A stretch of 64,000 nucleotides of DNA, taken from positions 83,274,027 to 83,338,026 of the forward strand of contig NC_057719.1 in assembly GCF_004010195.1 (NCBI RefSeq), read 5' to 3'. Positions 36,851-50,600 of the stretch are shown here, piece by piece. The notes beneath the pieces were generated by a model. The model worked only from the letters and a program-made list of their open reading frames with translations, ran no database searches and was not told the origin of the DNA. The DNA comes from Chiloscyllium plagiosum (taxonomy: Eukaryota). Position 1 is the stretch's first letter. Each line of letters opens with the position of its first letter. The position numbers and the translations under genes were made by a program.

Positions 36851-37314
36851 CTCATATCCGTGCACACCATTTCTACCTAAATACCCATCCACTGCCCCTC
36901 TTCAATTGTGAACCTGTCTCCAGGTAGCACGTTCCAGACCCTAATTACCTGCCGAGTGAAAATGTTTCAATTGAAGCCTATACTCTCTCGTACTTTTCTC
37001 TTTTGTGAGTGGAAACAACTTCTCCCTATCCACTCTGTCCCAGCTCCAGTCACCATTTTGAAAACATCAAGTTGATCTCCTCTCAGATTTCCTCTCTCCA
37101 CACAGCAGAGTGCAAAACTCTTCGAAACCAAGGTGTTACTCAGGGAGGCATTAGTAGTTATGCTTCCAAAGAAAAGCAGGGCAGTTACCCCCAATGTCCT
37201 GACCAATATTTATCCCAAATTGGAATATCTAGTCATTGTCACATTTCGATATCCGGAATTGTTCTGCAAGCAAATTGGTTGTTGTGTTTCTGAGCACAAC
37301 TTCAAATCTGTTTT

Positions 37315-37638
37315 ATCACAGAATTCCCGACAGTGTGGAAACAGGCCCTTCGGCCCAACAGGTCCACACTGACCCTCCGAAGAACCACCCACCCAGACCC
37401 ATTCTCCTACCCCATATTTACTAGTGCACCTAACCTACACATCCCTGAACACTACGGCAAATTTAACCTGACCTGCGCATCTTTGCACTGTGGGAGGAAA
37501 CCGGAGCACCCGGAGGAAACCCACGCAGACACGGGGAGAATCTGCAAACTCCACACAGACAGTCACCCGAGGCGGGAATTGAACCTGGGACCCTGGTGTT
37601 GTGAGGCAGTAGTGTTAACCACTGAGCCACTGTGCCAC
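37315..37638 (-). mobile_element. HE1-type SINE
   Basis: Closely similar to 61745-62052. Confidence 0.92.
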
Positions 37639-37919
37639 CTGACCGTTACCAGCGGGAGGGCCTGTAAAACACCTGGGGACAGGCTAAGGTTCTCAAAGGT
37701 ACAATAATTCCATTTCCAGACAGCCGGTTGCTGAAGGTTGGTGCTGACCCCCATATCTTCACTCAATCTTACAGTTATTTACAGAGCTGAGGTCTACAAC
37801 CTGTACCTCCGAACTCAACCACAGTTTCGCTAAGTAGCACCCCCAAGTGAAATTCCAGTCAATGCCCACCGCACATATCCAATTTATCTGTCTTTCTCTT
37901 TTTTTGCTAAGATTTTAAA

Positions 37920-38080
37920 CTATGGAGTGGGGTGGAGGTATGGAGCTGAGGGGCTGAGGGCCGGAGTGGAAGGGGGGTGGAGGGGGGTGGAGGAAGGGAG
38001 CTAAGGGGCTGAGGACCGGGGTGGAGGTATGGAGTGGTATGGAGATGGGTATTGGGCTGGGGGCCGAGGTGGGCGGTCAG
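37920..38080. repeat. G-rich low-complexity tract
   Basis: Repeated GGAGGTATGGAG / GGGGCTGAGG / GGGGGTGGA units. Confidence 0.6.
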
Positions 38081-38269
38081 TAGCTGTGTGGATGGTCAGA
38101 CCACATGTGCAAGCCCCTGCACTGATCTATTGCAATGTAATATTCATCTATAATCTGTTCACCTGACTGTAACGTTTATTCTTTTAACTCTACAACTCAT
38201 TTTCTAACTTCTACCATGAATTATTGTAAGGCAATGAAACATTTTTCTTCTTTATTTCTCTATTTCATA

Positions 38270-40060
38270 TCTGAGTATCCCACTTTGGATACTGTTGGGG
38301 GGACTGGTGACCGACCAGGGGAAAGCCACAGTTGCCAGGTCTCTTGCACTGAGCCTGGCTCTGTGGTTCAGAAGGTAAGGGGGAGGGAATAGGAGAGCGA
38401 TAGTGATAGGAGATCCAATGGTGAGAGGAACAGACAGGAGATTCTGTGGTTGCAAATGAGACTCCTGGATCGTATGCGGCCTCCCGGGTTTGAGGGTCAG
38501 GGATACCTCGTATCGAGTCTACAGGATTCTTAAGGGGAAGGGAGAACAGCCAGAAATCGTGGTCCACACCGGTACCAACGACATAGCTAGGGAAAGGGAC
38601 TTGAAAAGAGAATATAGGGAGTTAGGTTGGAAGCTAAAAGACGGGACAAGCAGAGTAGAAATCTCAGGATTGCTACCGGTATCACAGGATTGCTCCCCGT
38701 ATCACAGGCTGATGAGGCTAGGAACAGAGAGTGAGTGCAGCTGAACACGTGTCTGCAGAGCTGGTGTAGGTGGGAGGGCTTCAGATATGTGGATCACTTT
38801 CTGGGGAAGGTCGGACCTGTGCAGGGAGGATGGGTTGCACCTGAACTGGAGGGGCACCAATATCCTGGGCAGGAGATTTGCTAGAGCTGTTCAGGAGGGT
38901 TTAAACTAGATTTGGCAGGGGATGGGAATAGCATCCCGGAGCTATGGATCAAAAGGTAGAGTAGCTGGTGAACAGGTATATACAGAATGCAGACATGGGA
39001 GGAAAGATAGATAATTGATAGGGCAAAGTTGCAGTCAGTGTGATGGGTTGAAGTATGTCTCTTTTAACGCAGGAAGTTTCAGGAATAAGGGTGATGAACT
39101 TAGAGCATGGATCTGTACTTGGAGCTATGATGTTGTGGCCATTACAGAGACCTGGATATCACAGGGGCAGGAATGGGTGTTGGATGTTCCAGGGTTTTGA
39201 TGTTTCAAAAGGAATAGGGATGGAGGTAAATGAGGTGGAGGAACGGCATTGCTAATCATAGCTGCAGAAAGGGAGGTCATCAAGGTGGGTTTGTCGACAG
39301 AATCAGTATGGGGGGGAGGTCAGAAACAGGAAAGGCGTAGTCACTTTATTGGGAATTTTCTATAGACCCCCCAGTAGCAGCATACATATAGAGGAGCAGA
39401 TTGGGGAGGTAGATTTTGAAAAGGTGCAGGAGTAACAGGGTTGTTGTCATAGGTGACTTCAACTTCCCTCATATTGATTGGAATCTCCTTAGTTCAAATA
39501 GTTTAGATGGAGCAGAATTTGTCAGGTGTGTCCTGACTCAATATGGAGATAGGCCGACTAGAGGGGAGGCCATATTGGATTTGGTGCTTGGCAATGAACC
39601 AGGCCAGGTGTCAGCTCTCTCAGTGGGAGAGCATGTCGGTGATAGTAATGACAACTCCCTGACCTTTACTATAGTCATGCAGAGGGATAGAAGCAGAGGG
39701 TATGGGAAAGTATTTAATTGGGGGAGGGGAAATTACAATGCTATTAGGCAGGAACTGTGGAGCATGAATTGGGAGCAGGTATTCTCAGGGAAATGTGTGA
39801 CAGAAGTGTGGAGGTTGGTTAGGGAGCACTTGCTGCGAGTGCTGGATAGGTTTGTCCCATTGAGGCAAGGAAGGGACGGTAGGGTGAAGGAACCATGGAT
39901 GACAAGAGATGTGGAACATCTAGTCAAGAGGAAGAAAGGTTGAGGAGGAAAGGATCAGACAGGGCTTTACAGGATTACAAGGTAGCCAGGAAGGAGCTGA
40001 CAAATGGACTTAGGAGAACTGGAAGGGGGCATGAAAGTCTTGGCAGGGAGCATTAAGGGC
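38270..40060 (+). mobile_element. 5' portion of CR1 LINE: ORF1 SGNH/GDSL esterase and ORF2 APE endonuclease, disabled
   Basis: RAIVIGDPMVRGTDR, VHTGTNDI, ISGLLPV (ORF1); FNAGSFRNKGDELRAWI..YDVVAITETW, VVVIGDFNFPHIDW, PTRGEAILDLVLGNE (APE); stops and frameshifts present. Confidence 0.9.
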
Positions 40061-41062
40061 AAGTTGGCGGCCGGGCTTTTGTGCGTACTTCCCCACTCCC
40101 TCCACTCTTTTTCCCATAACCTCCCCCCCCCCCACCATCCCCCACCTCCCCGGTCTCTTCAGCTGGCCGTTTAATCCTCTTTCCTTTACCCCTGCCCCCT
40201 TTCCCCTTACCACCCACCTATCCGCTCGTGGGGCACTGTGTACCCGTCGGTGCCCTGCCTCCCCAGGGCTACAGCCAGTGTCTGCTTCCTCTCCGCATCA
40301 CCCCACCCTCCCCTCCCCAAGCCCTCCACCCCACCCCGGTCCCGGCCACAGTCTGGCTGAGAGCGTGGGATCTTCCTCTTGTGTACACTCTGTTCCAGCG
40401 ACGGAGGTGCCAGGAGACCACGCCCTATACTTTCAGGACAGGTCCGTACAATCCGCACTAATCCCCGCTGAGTCACCACAGCGTTACGGGGAAATGCCTT
40501 GTCAACACATTTCCACATGACAGGTGTAAGTGAGCCACCGCGATGGAGGAGTCAGTGCTGGGGGCCCTCCCACATCCCCGCTGGAGAAAACGGTGTATTG
40601 CCAGAGATTAGACCGGCATTTCGCCAGTACACTAATAGCTTCCCACCAAAAGCCCTTTTCAAGTCCTAATTATGACCCAGTTAAATTTCTTTGAAATGAT
40701 TGCTCGGGAACTCCCTTAGTTATACATTCATTGGCCCTGGGCATTGAGTGCAGGAATTAAAGTGTTTGCTGCAGGTCTATTACATAACAAGTACAGGCAC
40801 AACATGAGACGTGTTGTTCCCGGTTTGTGTTCGAACAGATATAATTCAGCACGATTACATGCACCGGCTCTGTAGAAGGATCAGATCAGATCTAGATAGT
40901 TACTGAGCATTATTGTCATCGCCAGGCATGCAAGCAGCATTGAAAGCAATGTCCCGATCATCTGCTTTCGACGATGCTCAATGATGGAGAGAGATATCGA
41001 CTGGGGCATAGTGGATAATCCCTTTGTCTTTCTTTAAAATACAGAGCAGGGTGATAATCTAA

Positions 41063-41392
41063 GGTGGTGTGGTGGCTCAGTGGTTAGCACTGCTACCTCA
41101 CAGCACCAGGGACCCGGGTTCGCATTCCAGCCTCGGGTCACAGTCTGTGTGGAGTTTGCACATTCTCCCTGAGTCTGCGTGGGTTCCCTCCAGGTGCTCC
41201 GGTTTCTTCCCACAGTCCAAAGATCTGCAAGTTTGGTGGATTGGCCATGCTAGATTGCCCCAGAGTGTCCAGGGATGTGCAGGCTAGATGGATTAGCCAT
41301 GAGGATATGCAGGGTTACAGGGGTAGGGGTGGGTCGAGATGGACCTGATGAGCCAAGTGGCCTGTTTCTGCACTGCGGGGATTCTTTGATCT
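41063..41392 (+). mobile_element. HE1-type SINE
   Basis: Head, core and tail motifs. Confidence 0.9.
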
Positions 41393-41974
41393 ACCCAAGG
41401 TCGTGGAAAGGACCTTGAGTTAATTGAGAAGATGCCATCTCCATTGGGACGGGTGTCATTGTAGCCAGTGCCCCTAGTGAATTGTCTAACTAAAGTTGGG
41501 CTTTTGACTAATTAGTGGGGAGGATTCAAGTGAAGAGAAGTTTAAAAAAAATCAAATGTTTTGCAGAGCAGAATAATAGTCAGCCCCTTGTGTGTGGGTA
41601 GGAAATATAATCACAAAAGAGCAACAGAAATTAGGCTGGAGGGAGTAATAATGGTGAAATGTCACACCCAGACTTTATACGAATACACACAGCATTTGTA
41701 ACAAAACAGATGTGTACAAATTGAAAGAAATGATTATGACTTCACAGCTATTTCGGAGACAGGGTTGCAGGGTGACCAAGTCTGGGAGTATTAAACGGTC
41801 CGGGAAAACAGGTGAAAAAGAAAAGCATGGGGAATGACTTTGTTAACAACGGGGTATTCAGTGCAGTGGAGTAGGGTTCCAGACACAATAGGTGGTGATG
41901 CAGAATCAGTTTGGGTGAAAATAAGGAATATCAAGGGAGAGAAGTCACAGACCAATAAACCCTTGAAGAGTAGT

Positions 41975-42515
41975 CATAGAGTCATAGAGATGTACAGCAT
42001 GGAAACAGACCCTTCGGTCCATCTCGTCCATGCCGACCAGATATCCCAACCCAATCTAGTCCCACCTGCCAGCAACCGGCCCATATCCCTCCAAACCCTT
42101 CCTATTCACATACCCTTCCAGATGCCTCTTAAATGTTGTAATTGTACCAGCCTCCACCACTTCCTCTGGCAGCTCATTCCATACACGTACCACCCTCTGC
42201 GAGAAAAAGTTGCCCCTTAGGTTCCTTTTAAATCTTTCCCCTCATATCTTAAACATGTGACTTATAGTTCAGGACTCCCCTACCCCACCCCAGGGAAAAG
42301 ACCTTGTCTGCTTATCCTATCCACGCCCCTCATGATTTTATAAACCCCTATAAAGTCACCCCTCAGCCTCTGACGCTCCAGGGAAAACAGCCCCAGCCTG
42401 TACAGCCTCTCCCTGTAGCTCAAATCCTCCAACCCTGGCAACATCCTTGTAAATCTTTTCTGAGCCCTTTCAAGTTCCACAACATCTTTCTGATAGGAAG
42501 GAGACCAGAATTGCA
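41975..42515 (-). mobile_element. CR1/HER1 LINE 3' fragment (nested)
   Basis: ORF 42280-42537(-) QFWSPSYQKDVVELERAQKRFTRMLPGLE; flanking TGAA(G)AGTAGTCA duplication. Confidence 0.9.
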
Positions 42516-42896
42516 TGAAAGTAGTCAAGGAGAACATCCAATCAAAAACTAAGATATAGAAAGCAGGGAAAACTCACAGTAGGCCAGAGGATTGGGAATT
42601 TTTAGGAAGCAGGTGAGTAAAATGCCAATAAAGAAGGATAAAACAGATTTGAAAGTAAATAGGCAAGAAATATCAAAACAAACAGCAAGAGCTTCTACAG
42701 GCATAGACAGTAGCTGAAGCAAGTGTCAGCCCCGAAAGGGGGGAATTGGTGAATTCATGACAAGACAATGGCAGATAATTTAAACCAATGTTTTGTATTG
42801 GCCATCACAACGGAGAAAACTAGAAACATCCCAAAGATGGCAGATGAGCAAGGTGCTGAATGAGAGAAAGCTCTTGTAACAGTCTCTATCAAGACA

Positions 42897-43025
42897 GTCA
42901 TAGAGTCATAGAGATGTACATCATGGAAACAGACCCTTCGGTCCAACCCCTCCATGCCGACCAGATATCCCAACCCAATCTAGTCCCACCTACCAGCACC
43001 CGGCCCATATCCCTCCAAACCCTTC
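42897..43025 (-). mobile_element. Short HER1 3' tail insert
   Basis: Near-identical to 41975-42100; TSD CAAGACA at 42890-42896 and 43026-43032. Confidence 0.85.
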
Positions 43026-44494
43026 CAAGACAAAGTATTTGAAAAACGCATGGGACTAAAGCCGAACAAATCACCAGAGCCTGGTCTGTATCCATGAGCT
43101 TTCATGGACATTGCTCGATCGTTGAATCACTGGTTGAAATATTTCAGAATTTACTGGAGTTTGGCAGAATGCCAGCAGTTTGGAAAACCATTAACATGGC
43201 ACTCCTGTTCAGGAAGGCAGCGAGACAGAAAGCATGCAACTATAAGCTGGTTCACCAAACGTTTGTTGCTGGGAAAATGCTAGGGTCTATTATTAAGGAA
43301 GAAATGGCAGGACATCTAAAAAAGCTAAATGCAATCAAACAGAGTGACCATGCTTTTGTGAAAGAGAATTCATGCCTGAGTCATTGAGGATATAACAAGC
43401 AGAGTTGACAAAGGGAAAATGATAGATGTACTCCATTTGGATTTCCAGTAGGCGTTCAATAATGTGTCACATACATGGTTATTACACGAGATAGAATCTC
43501 ATGGCATAGCAGGTAATGTTTTAGAATGGATAAATACATAGAGTATAAGGATTAATGTGTCTTTTCCAGGTAGAAAAGACCTATTAGTCCGATGGCCTTA
43601 ATTATTTACCAACTATAATAATCACTAGGAGGAGGGGACAGAGTGCACTGCGTCTAAATTTGCTGATGTTACAAAAGTAAGTGGGAGGGTGTGTTGTGAT
43701 GAGGAAGTAAGGATTCTGCAAGGGGATTGGTTGAGCATGTGGATGACAGTTTTGCTGATGGAGTTTACTGTAGGGAATTGTGAGGGCATGCACTATGGTT
43801 GGAAGAGCAGAAAGGCAGACTAGTACTATAATGGAGAGGCTGCAAAGAGTGCAACAGAGTGACCTAGGTGTTCTTAAGCACATAAGACAAAGTTGGCATG
43901 CAGGTGCAGCAAGTAACTACGTCAGCTAATAGAAGTTTGGCTTTTATTGGTAGGTTGATGTCGTTTAAAAATAGGGAAGTTTTATTACAACTGAACAGGG
44001 AGTTGGAGAGGCCGCACCTGGAATACTGTGTTGAGTGTTGACCCCTATATTTGAGAGGATTTTCCAGCAAAATAGATTGATTCTTGGAGGGAAGGGGTTG
44101 ACTTATCAAGAGCAGCTAAACAGGTTAGAGTTATTCATAACAGTTTCAAAGAATGAGGGATGATCTAATTAAAACGCACAAGATTCTGAGGGGACTTGAC
44201 AGGGTAGATGTTGGGAAGGTGTTTCCAGCAGTGGGGGAATCTCCAAGTAGGGGGCATAGTTACAGATAAAGGAGACACTCCTTTAAAACAGGACGCTGTG
44301 GGAATTTCTCCTCCGGGGTGGGTAAGTGCCTGGAATTCCCTATCTGGTGGCTAGATCAGTGAAAGTGTGTCAAGAGCAAGTAGATAGATTTTGAACATTG
44401 GGGAGGTGAGGGCTTTGGGTAGCTGAAGGGCAGGGCAGGCTTGGAGATATAAGATAGTGGGATTCTGAGAAACAGTGTACTCTCCTGGGTCAAC

Positions 44495-44575
44495 CGAAAC
44501 AGAAATTGCTGGAGAAGCTCTGTGGAAAGAAATGAAGAGTTAACATTTCGGGTCCAGTGACCGTTCCTCAGAATA
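44495..44575 (-). mobile_element. Penelope terminal fragment (family D) with hammerhead motif
   Basis: - strand TT-CTGAGGA-A-CGGTC-ACTG-GACCC-GAAA-TGTTAAC. Confidence 0.6.
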
Positions 44576-47500
44576 CGGTGAAAAGGTGCCATGACACAGA
44601 CAGGTACCCGATAAGAGAGCTTCAAACATATGCAAGGTGGAGACATAAAGTGACAAGTTCAAGGCGTTTGGTGCAGAAAGGGAGGTTTTACTGTAACTAA
44701 GGTTTAAGAATTTAGGTGAAATGGACAGCTCGGCGAAGGTTGGTTTGGTGGGGATGGGGGTAACAGTGACCCCGTTAATTGAGGGGAAGTTGGCTGGTCA
44801 GCCATTTTAGTAGGAATTGGGGTTGAAAGTGCAAGAGGTGGGTCTTGAGTGTTTGAAGTAGGCATGTGGGTAAATAAGAAAGAATCTTGAGGAAGTTACA
44901 CACTTTGGGTGATAACTAGGGGGGAGTCAAGGTTCAATTTGACCCAATGAGACAGAGGTAGGGATGGAGAAACATCTGAATGGAATCCCCTCCCTCAACC
45001 TCTCTCTCTGTCTCCCTCACTCTCTCAGTCTTTAAGACATTGCTTCATATCTAATGGACCAAACATTTGATCAACGATTGAACTATCAAATGAGACTTGC
45101 TTCCAAATTTAGTTTATTAATGTTCCTAAGAAGCACTTTGGGATGTTTCACTATCTTAAGGATGCTGTATAAAAGCAATTTGTTACGTCAGGGTTGGGAT
45201 GGACCAATGTCAAAGTGCTGTAATAGCTCCAGCGAAATGTGTCACACACGCTAACACCTGGAGTCGCCTGTTTGTTACTGAAGCTTGCTGGTAGCGAGAA
45301 TCGGCATGCATGTCCTGTTTGCCTTATTTACTCTGTCTCACACCCCCTTATGATCTCCCAGGACTGAGCAGGCATCTGATAGCTGCCACCTCACGCTCCC
45401 TAACAGTGGATAGAGCTTCTAATATCACCCCACACCATCACCATGAACCGCAACCAGCACCCACCACACCCCTGGCCCCACCCCCATCAACTCTGACCCA
45501 CCCACCAACGCTCTGGTTATTCCCCCCCCCCTAGTTCTCTTGCTTTTTTGAGGCTGAACTGAAAGGATTTTCGATGATCGATGGAGTCACTGGAATAGAT
45601 GGTCAAGCTAAGGTCACAATCAGGTCAGCCACGATCCTATTGAGAAGTGGAGCTGGCAAGAGGGGGGGGGTGAATGGCCTACTTGTGCTCCGGTCATGTG
45701 TTCCTATTGCTCATAATCTCATTCTAAGATCTTCCTCAAAACCAGGTTTTTAAGTACCTCGCCTCATATCCCCTTCCTTGGTTCAGCCCATTTCCAGGAT
45801 TGAAGGCACTATCTAAAGGAAGGTGGTTGCTGAAAGCCCCACTATTAAGAGGGGATCAACATTCCCATCCATTCTTCATTTATGGAATGATCCCTCTAAT
45901 ATTGATCTCCCCCACTTCCTCCTCCACCTCAGCCCTCTGTTTTGCACAGGCCTCCCCTCACTAAGTCTCGCCATTTCAGCACTTGCCTCCCTCACAGGCA
46001 AGTGTCATCTGTCATCCTGGTCCATCCTCCATTCCCCTGCTCCTTGACCCAATGCAGACCAGAGGCCTGTTCTGAGTGTGTGCTGCTCCCTTTGACCTCG
46101 GGCCTAGTCATTGTCAAGGATGTTGCTATGGTGTCAGCTACGTGTCAGCAGGGCAAAGAGAAAACCAGAATTAGCAGTAAATCTTGTGACTGAAGCTGAG
46201 GGAAGCACCCAGAGCAAACAAAATTCGGTCTTTAGGTACTGCAGATCCAGGTGTGTCGGTACCAACTATTTATTTAGCTCCAGGGGCTTCAGCAGGTGAA
46301 AGAGATGGTCATTGCAGGATAATTTACACAGACAGGTTTATTCCAATCAGAAGGAAAGAAAGCAGGAAATTTACATGAAGCTCGCAAGAGCTACACCATC
46401 CATTTAAAATTGCAATTCCCCCCATGTTCAAATCGCTCCACCATCTTCCCCTCCCTACCTCTGGACTGCTGGCAACATGTCAGTGAACAAGGGTAAAGAG
46501 CGTAGGCTACTAGGGGCGCAGACTGAGGTTGAATTTGACGTGAAAACAAAAGCCCAAACAAGATGTTATTTGAAAGGTGAAGTTGAGGAGCTCGTGATTG
46601 GGTCTGGACAGCTGGAAAAAAGAAAGTAGGGATTAAACAAGCCTGTGGTTAAGGCTGGGTTTTGCTAAGCATCAGCAGAACCTCCGCTGGGGGTAGATCT
46701 TACCCGAAAGTCAACTACCCACACTCGGCTGAGACATGTGTTTTCACGGAAGATTGGCTTGTTGCTGTTGTTTACGGTAAGGTCGAGAAGATTACAGAGA
46801 TCAATCTGCATCTAATCAAACATCTAAGGGTTTCTTTGTGTTTTCCCTACCTCCCCTTGAAAGTGCAAGAATTAATCAAATCAAGCCATTGCGTTGTAAC
46901 CCAAGGTTTCGAACCACATCTGACAGGGTGGAAATGGATGAAGCTTTCAGCACTAAACTAGGAACTGCCTCCAAGCCAAGTTTATGATTCATGAACTCCG
47001 CCATATTCAGTATCCTCGGATGTTTCTGATTTAATCCTGGTGTCTTATCATTAAGCACAGCCAGACTTTCTAATGCCTCCTCTTTATCAACTTGCAGCCC
47101 ATTCGGTCTCTCAACAACTTCCTCTTTCACTCTGACTTTGCAGTTGTCCTTCTCAGGGGAAAAGACACTGGTGAAGTTTTTATTTAGTACCTCAAACACG
47201 TTGCTTCTCATGAATCAGTAACTTGTAGAACGTACTAAGCAGCATCAGAACATCTATATTGTCGGTCAGCACCATCCAAACAGCCCTCTGTCCTCACCTT
47301 CTCTGGGACATCTGTGTTCTTCAGCTGCATAATGACCTCCTCAATCAATACTGGGAGCCTTCCTCCTTCCTTCCCTTCTCCAAGCACCTGGTTCTATGTC
47401 TTTTTGAGCCAGGTCTCTGTTAACACTGGAATGCAAGGGACAAACACCAGGTCAGGTCCGTTAACACCACTATACCAATAGTGTAAGGATTAAGTGTCTC

Positions 47501-48604
47501 TCAATTCAGTTGTGTGAACTGGCAACTCCAGGGCTGAGTGCAGAGCGAATGTGTACGTAGACTAGTCTAGAAATGAGAAGCGCTTGAAGAAAGTTACATT
47601 GACTCCAGCAGCATTGAACTGGGAGATTAAATAGATCTCGTGCAACGAAACAAAAATCACCACAATATCATATTCCCATGTGGGGGTCTGCAGCTGCAGC
47701 TCACTAATCTTACATGCCACACTTACACATTTACATCGATGCACTTAAAAGTAATTTAGCATTTATTGTATTCACTCTCACTCTGCGTGTTATCTATCTC
47801 CACAAATCCCTCCTGCGCCCTTCTGTTTCTTTCTTAATCTACCTCAAGGTTGTTATCTCCCTCCCATGTTAGTTTAATAACTCTGTCAAACTGCCTCAGA
47901 AGGATATTGCTCCCAGACGTGTGTAGGTGCAGCCTGTACTGGTCTCATCTCCCCCAGAGACAGTGCTAGCATCCCAGAATCTTAAGCCCTGCACCATCTC
48001 TCCAGCCACTCATCCATCTGCTCTCCCCTTCTGTACCCATGTGAGCCACAAAGCCACCTTCCAGTTTCGGATTTGTACAGCAAGATGTTGGTGTAAATTT
48101 CAGCAGGAAGCCGTTCTCCTATAGATGGCATTGAGTTTGAAATTACAGCACAGCCCGATGAAAGAAATCCCACTGCCAAACCCATGGCCTGTATTTGTTT
48201 TTAACCCACTGTGTGTAATTAGCCCGGTTGGTTTAAAAACACCTTGCGAAGGTTGCTAAACATGCTCAGAATGGTTTAAACAGTAATCCAGTCTACAGAT
48301 CAAAGGTCTGCCTGTCGGAACATGAGCCTAAACAGGGTGTGCATTAACATGCAACGCTGACTCTGTTGCAGAGTGTGTATTGTAATCCCATATTACCACA
48401 GGGAGTAGTTGAGGTGAATAATGTTTTGAGGTGAAGCTACAGAAGGGAGAAGGGTAGGATAATGCTGAGAAATTAGGAAAGGTTAGAATGCATAGTAAAG
48501 TGCACAGTTCTCATGGAGGTGAAGTCCTGACTTCACACTGAGGCAATGCCACCCCATCCTAAACAGGAATTGTTTCAGGACAGATCTAGCAACTTAACAT
48601 TAGG

Positions 48605-48930
48605 CATCTGCACAGTGGGCTCCATAGTTAGCAGTGTGGCCTCAGAGAGCCAGGGACCTGGGTTCAATTCCTGCCTCGGGCAACTGTCTATGTGGAGTTT
48701 GCATATTCCCCCCCACACCCCAATTCTGTGTGGGGGCCGCTCCGGTTTCCTCTTGCAGTCCAAAGGTTAGGTGGGTTGGGCACGCTAAATTATACCATCG
48801 TGTCACAGGGATGTGTAGGTTGGGTTGGCCATTGGAAATGTAGGGTTGCAGGAAAGGGTGGGATGCTGTTCGGAGGGTCAGAGAATACTCAATGGGCCAA
48901 ATGGCCTGTTGCCACGCTTCCATTCTATGA
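48605..48930 (+). mobile_element. HE1-type SINE, diverged
   Basis: GGGACCTGGGTTCAATTCC, GTGGAGTTTGCA, CTCCGGTTTCCTC. Confidence 0.8.
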
Positions 48931-49074
48931 GGTGCTGTGGGCCATCAGCAGCGATCGATTCATATTCCACGACAATCTGTCATCTCAAGGTCCAGTGCAT
49001 TCCCACCCTGTCATTCCCATCAAGTCAGAAGTTTCGATCAGGATTGCAGCGGTCCCTACACACAATGAAGCAGA

Positions 49075-50140
49075 TCAAAGCTCTGTTGTCCGGCCACATC
49101 CAGATGTGAATAGTAGTGTGGAATAAACAACCAACAGGAGGTGAGGATGCACAAACATCCCCATCCCCAACGATGATGCCAGAAGCCAGCACTAGAGTGT
49201 CAAGGGACAGCCCACAAGTTATCGTGTCATACATCAAGCAGTGCTGAGTGAGTTTAGTCCTGAGATCACCCATCACAGAGGTCGATCCCATTCACTCCAC
49301 AGTATAGCGATAAAACGGTGAGCATACACAGTTAAATCCTGACAATTGTCCGGATGCCACACTGAACATATAGGTTTTCGAATTGAAACCAGCTGTTTCG
49401 GTCCATACACAACATCGACACCTACTCAACCTTTACCCAACTCTATCCTTTCCATAGAATCCAGTCAGACCAATATTTTAATCTGATCAGATGACTCTGA
49501 ATCAAAGTGGTGCAGAGGGTCTTTGACACTTAATCACCTATAACCTGCTCATTGATCCTCAGCGTGGGTTCTGGCAGGCCAATGTAGCTCCTAACCACAT
49601 TACAACTTTGGGCCAAACATTGCCAAAAGAACTGAACTCCAGAGGTTAAGGTGAGAGTGACAGCCCATGACATCAATGCTACATTTGACAAAGCACGGCA
49701 TCAAGGGACCCTTACAAAAAATAAAATCAATGCAAGTCAGGGAGAAAACTCTCCACTGGTTGGGGACACAGCTGGCACAAACAAAGATGGTAGTGGTGGT
49801 TGGATTTCAGTAATCTCGGACACAGGGCATCATTGTAAGAACTGCTCATGGTAGTGCAACCCTACCCTAACCCTAACCCTAACCCTAACCCTAACCCTAA
49901 CCCTAACCCAGGTGGTGTCCCAGACCCAACAACTTTCAACTGCTTCATCAATGACCTGCCTTCCATCATTCAGACTTGGACTGATAAGTGATAAATTGTA
50001 CAACACATGTTTCAGGGAATGATCCTCTCCAAAGAGTGCGTATCTCGGCAATGTCCTTTGACATTCAATAACATCACCATCCCTGAACTCCCACAGTCAA
50101 CATCTCAGTGATCAACCTCCCAGTGACTCACATCTCCCGT
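49075..50140 (+). mobile_element. Highly degenerate LINE family B fragment
   Basis: Colinear with ~9820-11300 (e.g. AAAAGAACTGAACTCCAGAGG, CAACTGCTTCATCAATGACCT). Confidence 0.65.
49858..49909. repeat. Interstitial telomeric array (CCCTAA)n
   Basis: AACCCTACCCTAACCCTAA... with about 7 perfect hexamers. Confidence 0.95.
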
Positions 50141-50443
50141 GGGCGGCACGGTGGCACAGTGGTTAGCACTGCTGCCTCACAGCGCCGGAGACCCGGGTTC
50201 AATTCCCGCCTCAGGCGACTGACTGTGTGGAGTTTGCATGTTCTCTCCGTGTCTGTGTGGGTTTCCTCCGGGTGCTCCGGTTTCCTCCCACAATCCAAAA
50301 GATGTGCAGGTCAGGTGAATTGGCCATGCTAAATTGCCCGTAGAGTTAGGTAAGGGGTAAATGTAGGGGTATGGGTGGGTTGCGCTTCGGCGGGGCGGTG
50401 TGGACTTGTTGGGCTGTTTCCACTCTGCAATGTAATCTAATCT
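50141..50443 (+). mobile_element. Young HE1-type SINE, full length
   Basis: CpG-rich, intact A/B boxes, TAATCTAATCT tail. Confidence 0.95.
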
Positions 50444-50449
50444 CATTGA

Positions 50450-50600
50450 CCAACTGAGTCTCTATGATAGATCAGGACTGACCAAGTTTCTCTGATAGTC
50501 CAATACTGACCAAGTTTCTCTCATAGTCCAATACTGACTGAGTCTCTCTGATGGTCCAATACTAACTGAATCTCTCTGATGGTCCAATACTGACCCGGTC
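50450..50600. repeat. 28-bp tandem repeat, about 5 copies
   Basis: Unit CTGATAGTCCAATACTGACCAAGTTTCT with variants. Confidence 0.85.

Larger units (their letters stand above)
41670..44450 (+). mobile_element. Old, internally deleted CR1 LINE (APE-RT remnants) with two younger antisense LINE inserts
   Basis: ESVWVKIRNIKG; PAVWKTINMALLFRK..NYKLV; AAATTTGCTGATG (KFAD); HLEYCV-like CACCTGGAATACTGTG. Confidence 0.8.

Noticed and set aside
50141..50215. tRNA-like sequence with A and B boxes (also at other HE1 heads)
   Set aside because: SINE head continuing into SINE core and LINE tail; not a standalone tRNA gene.
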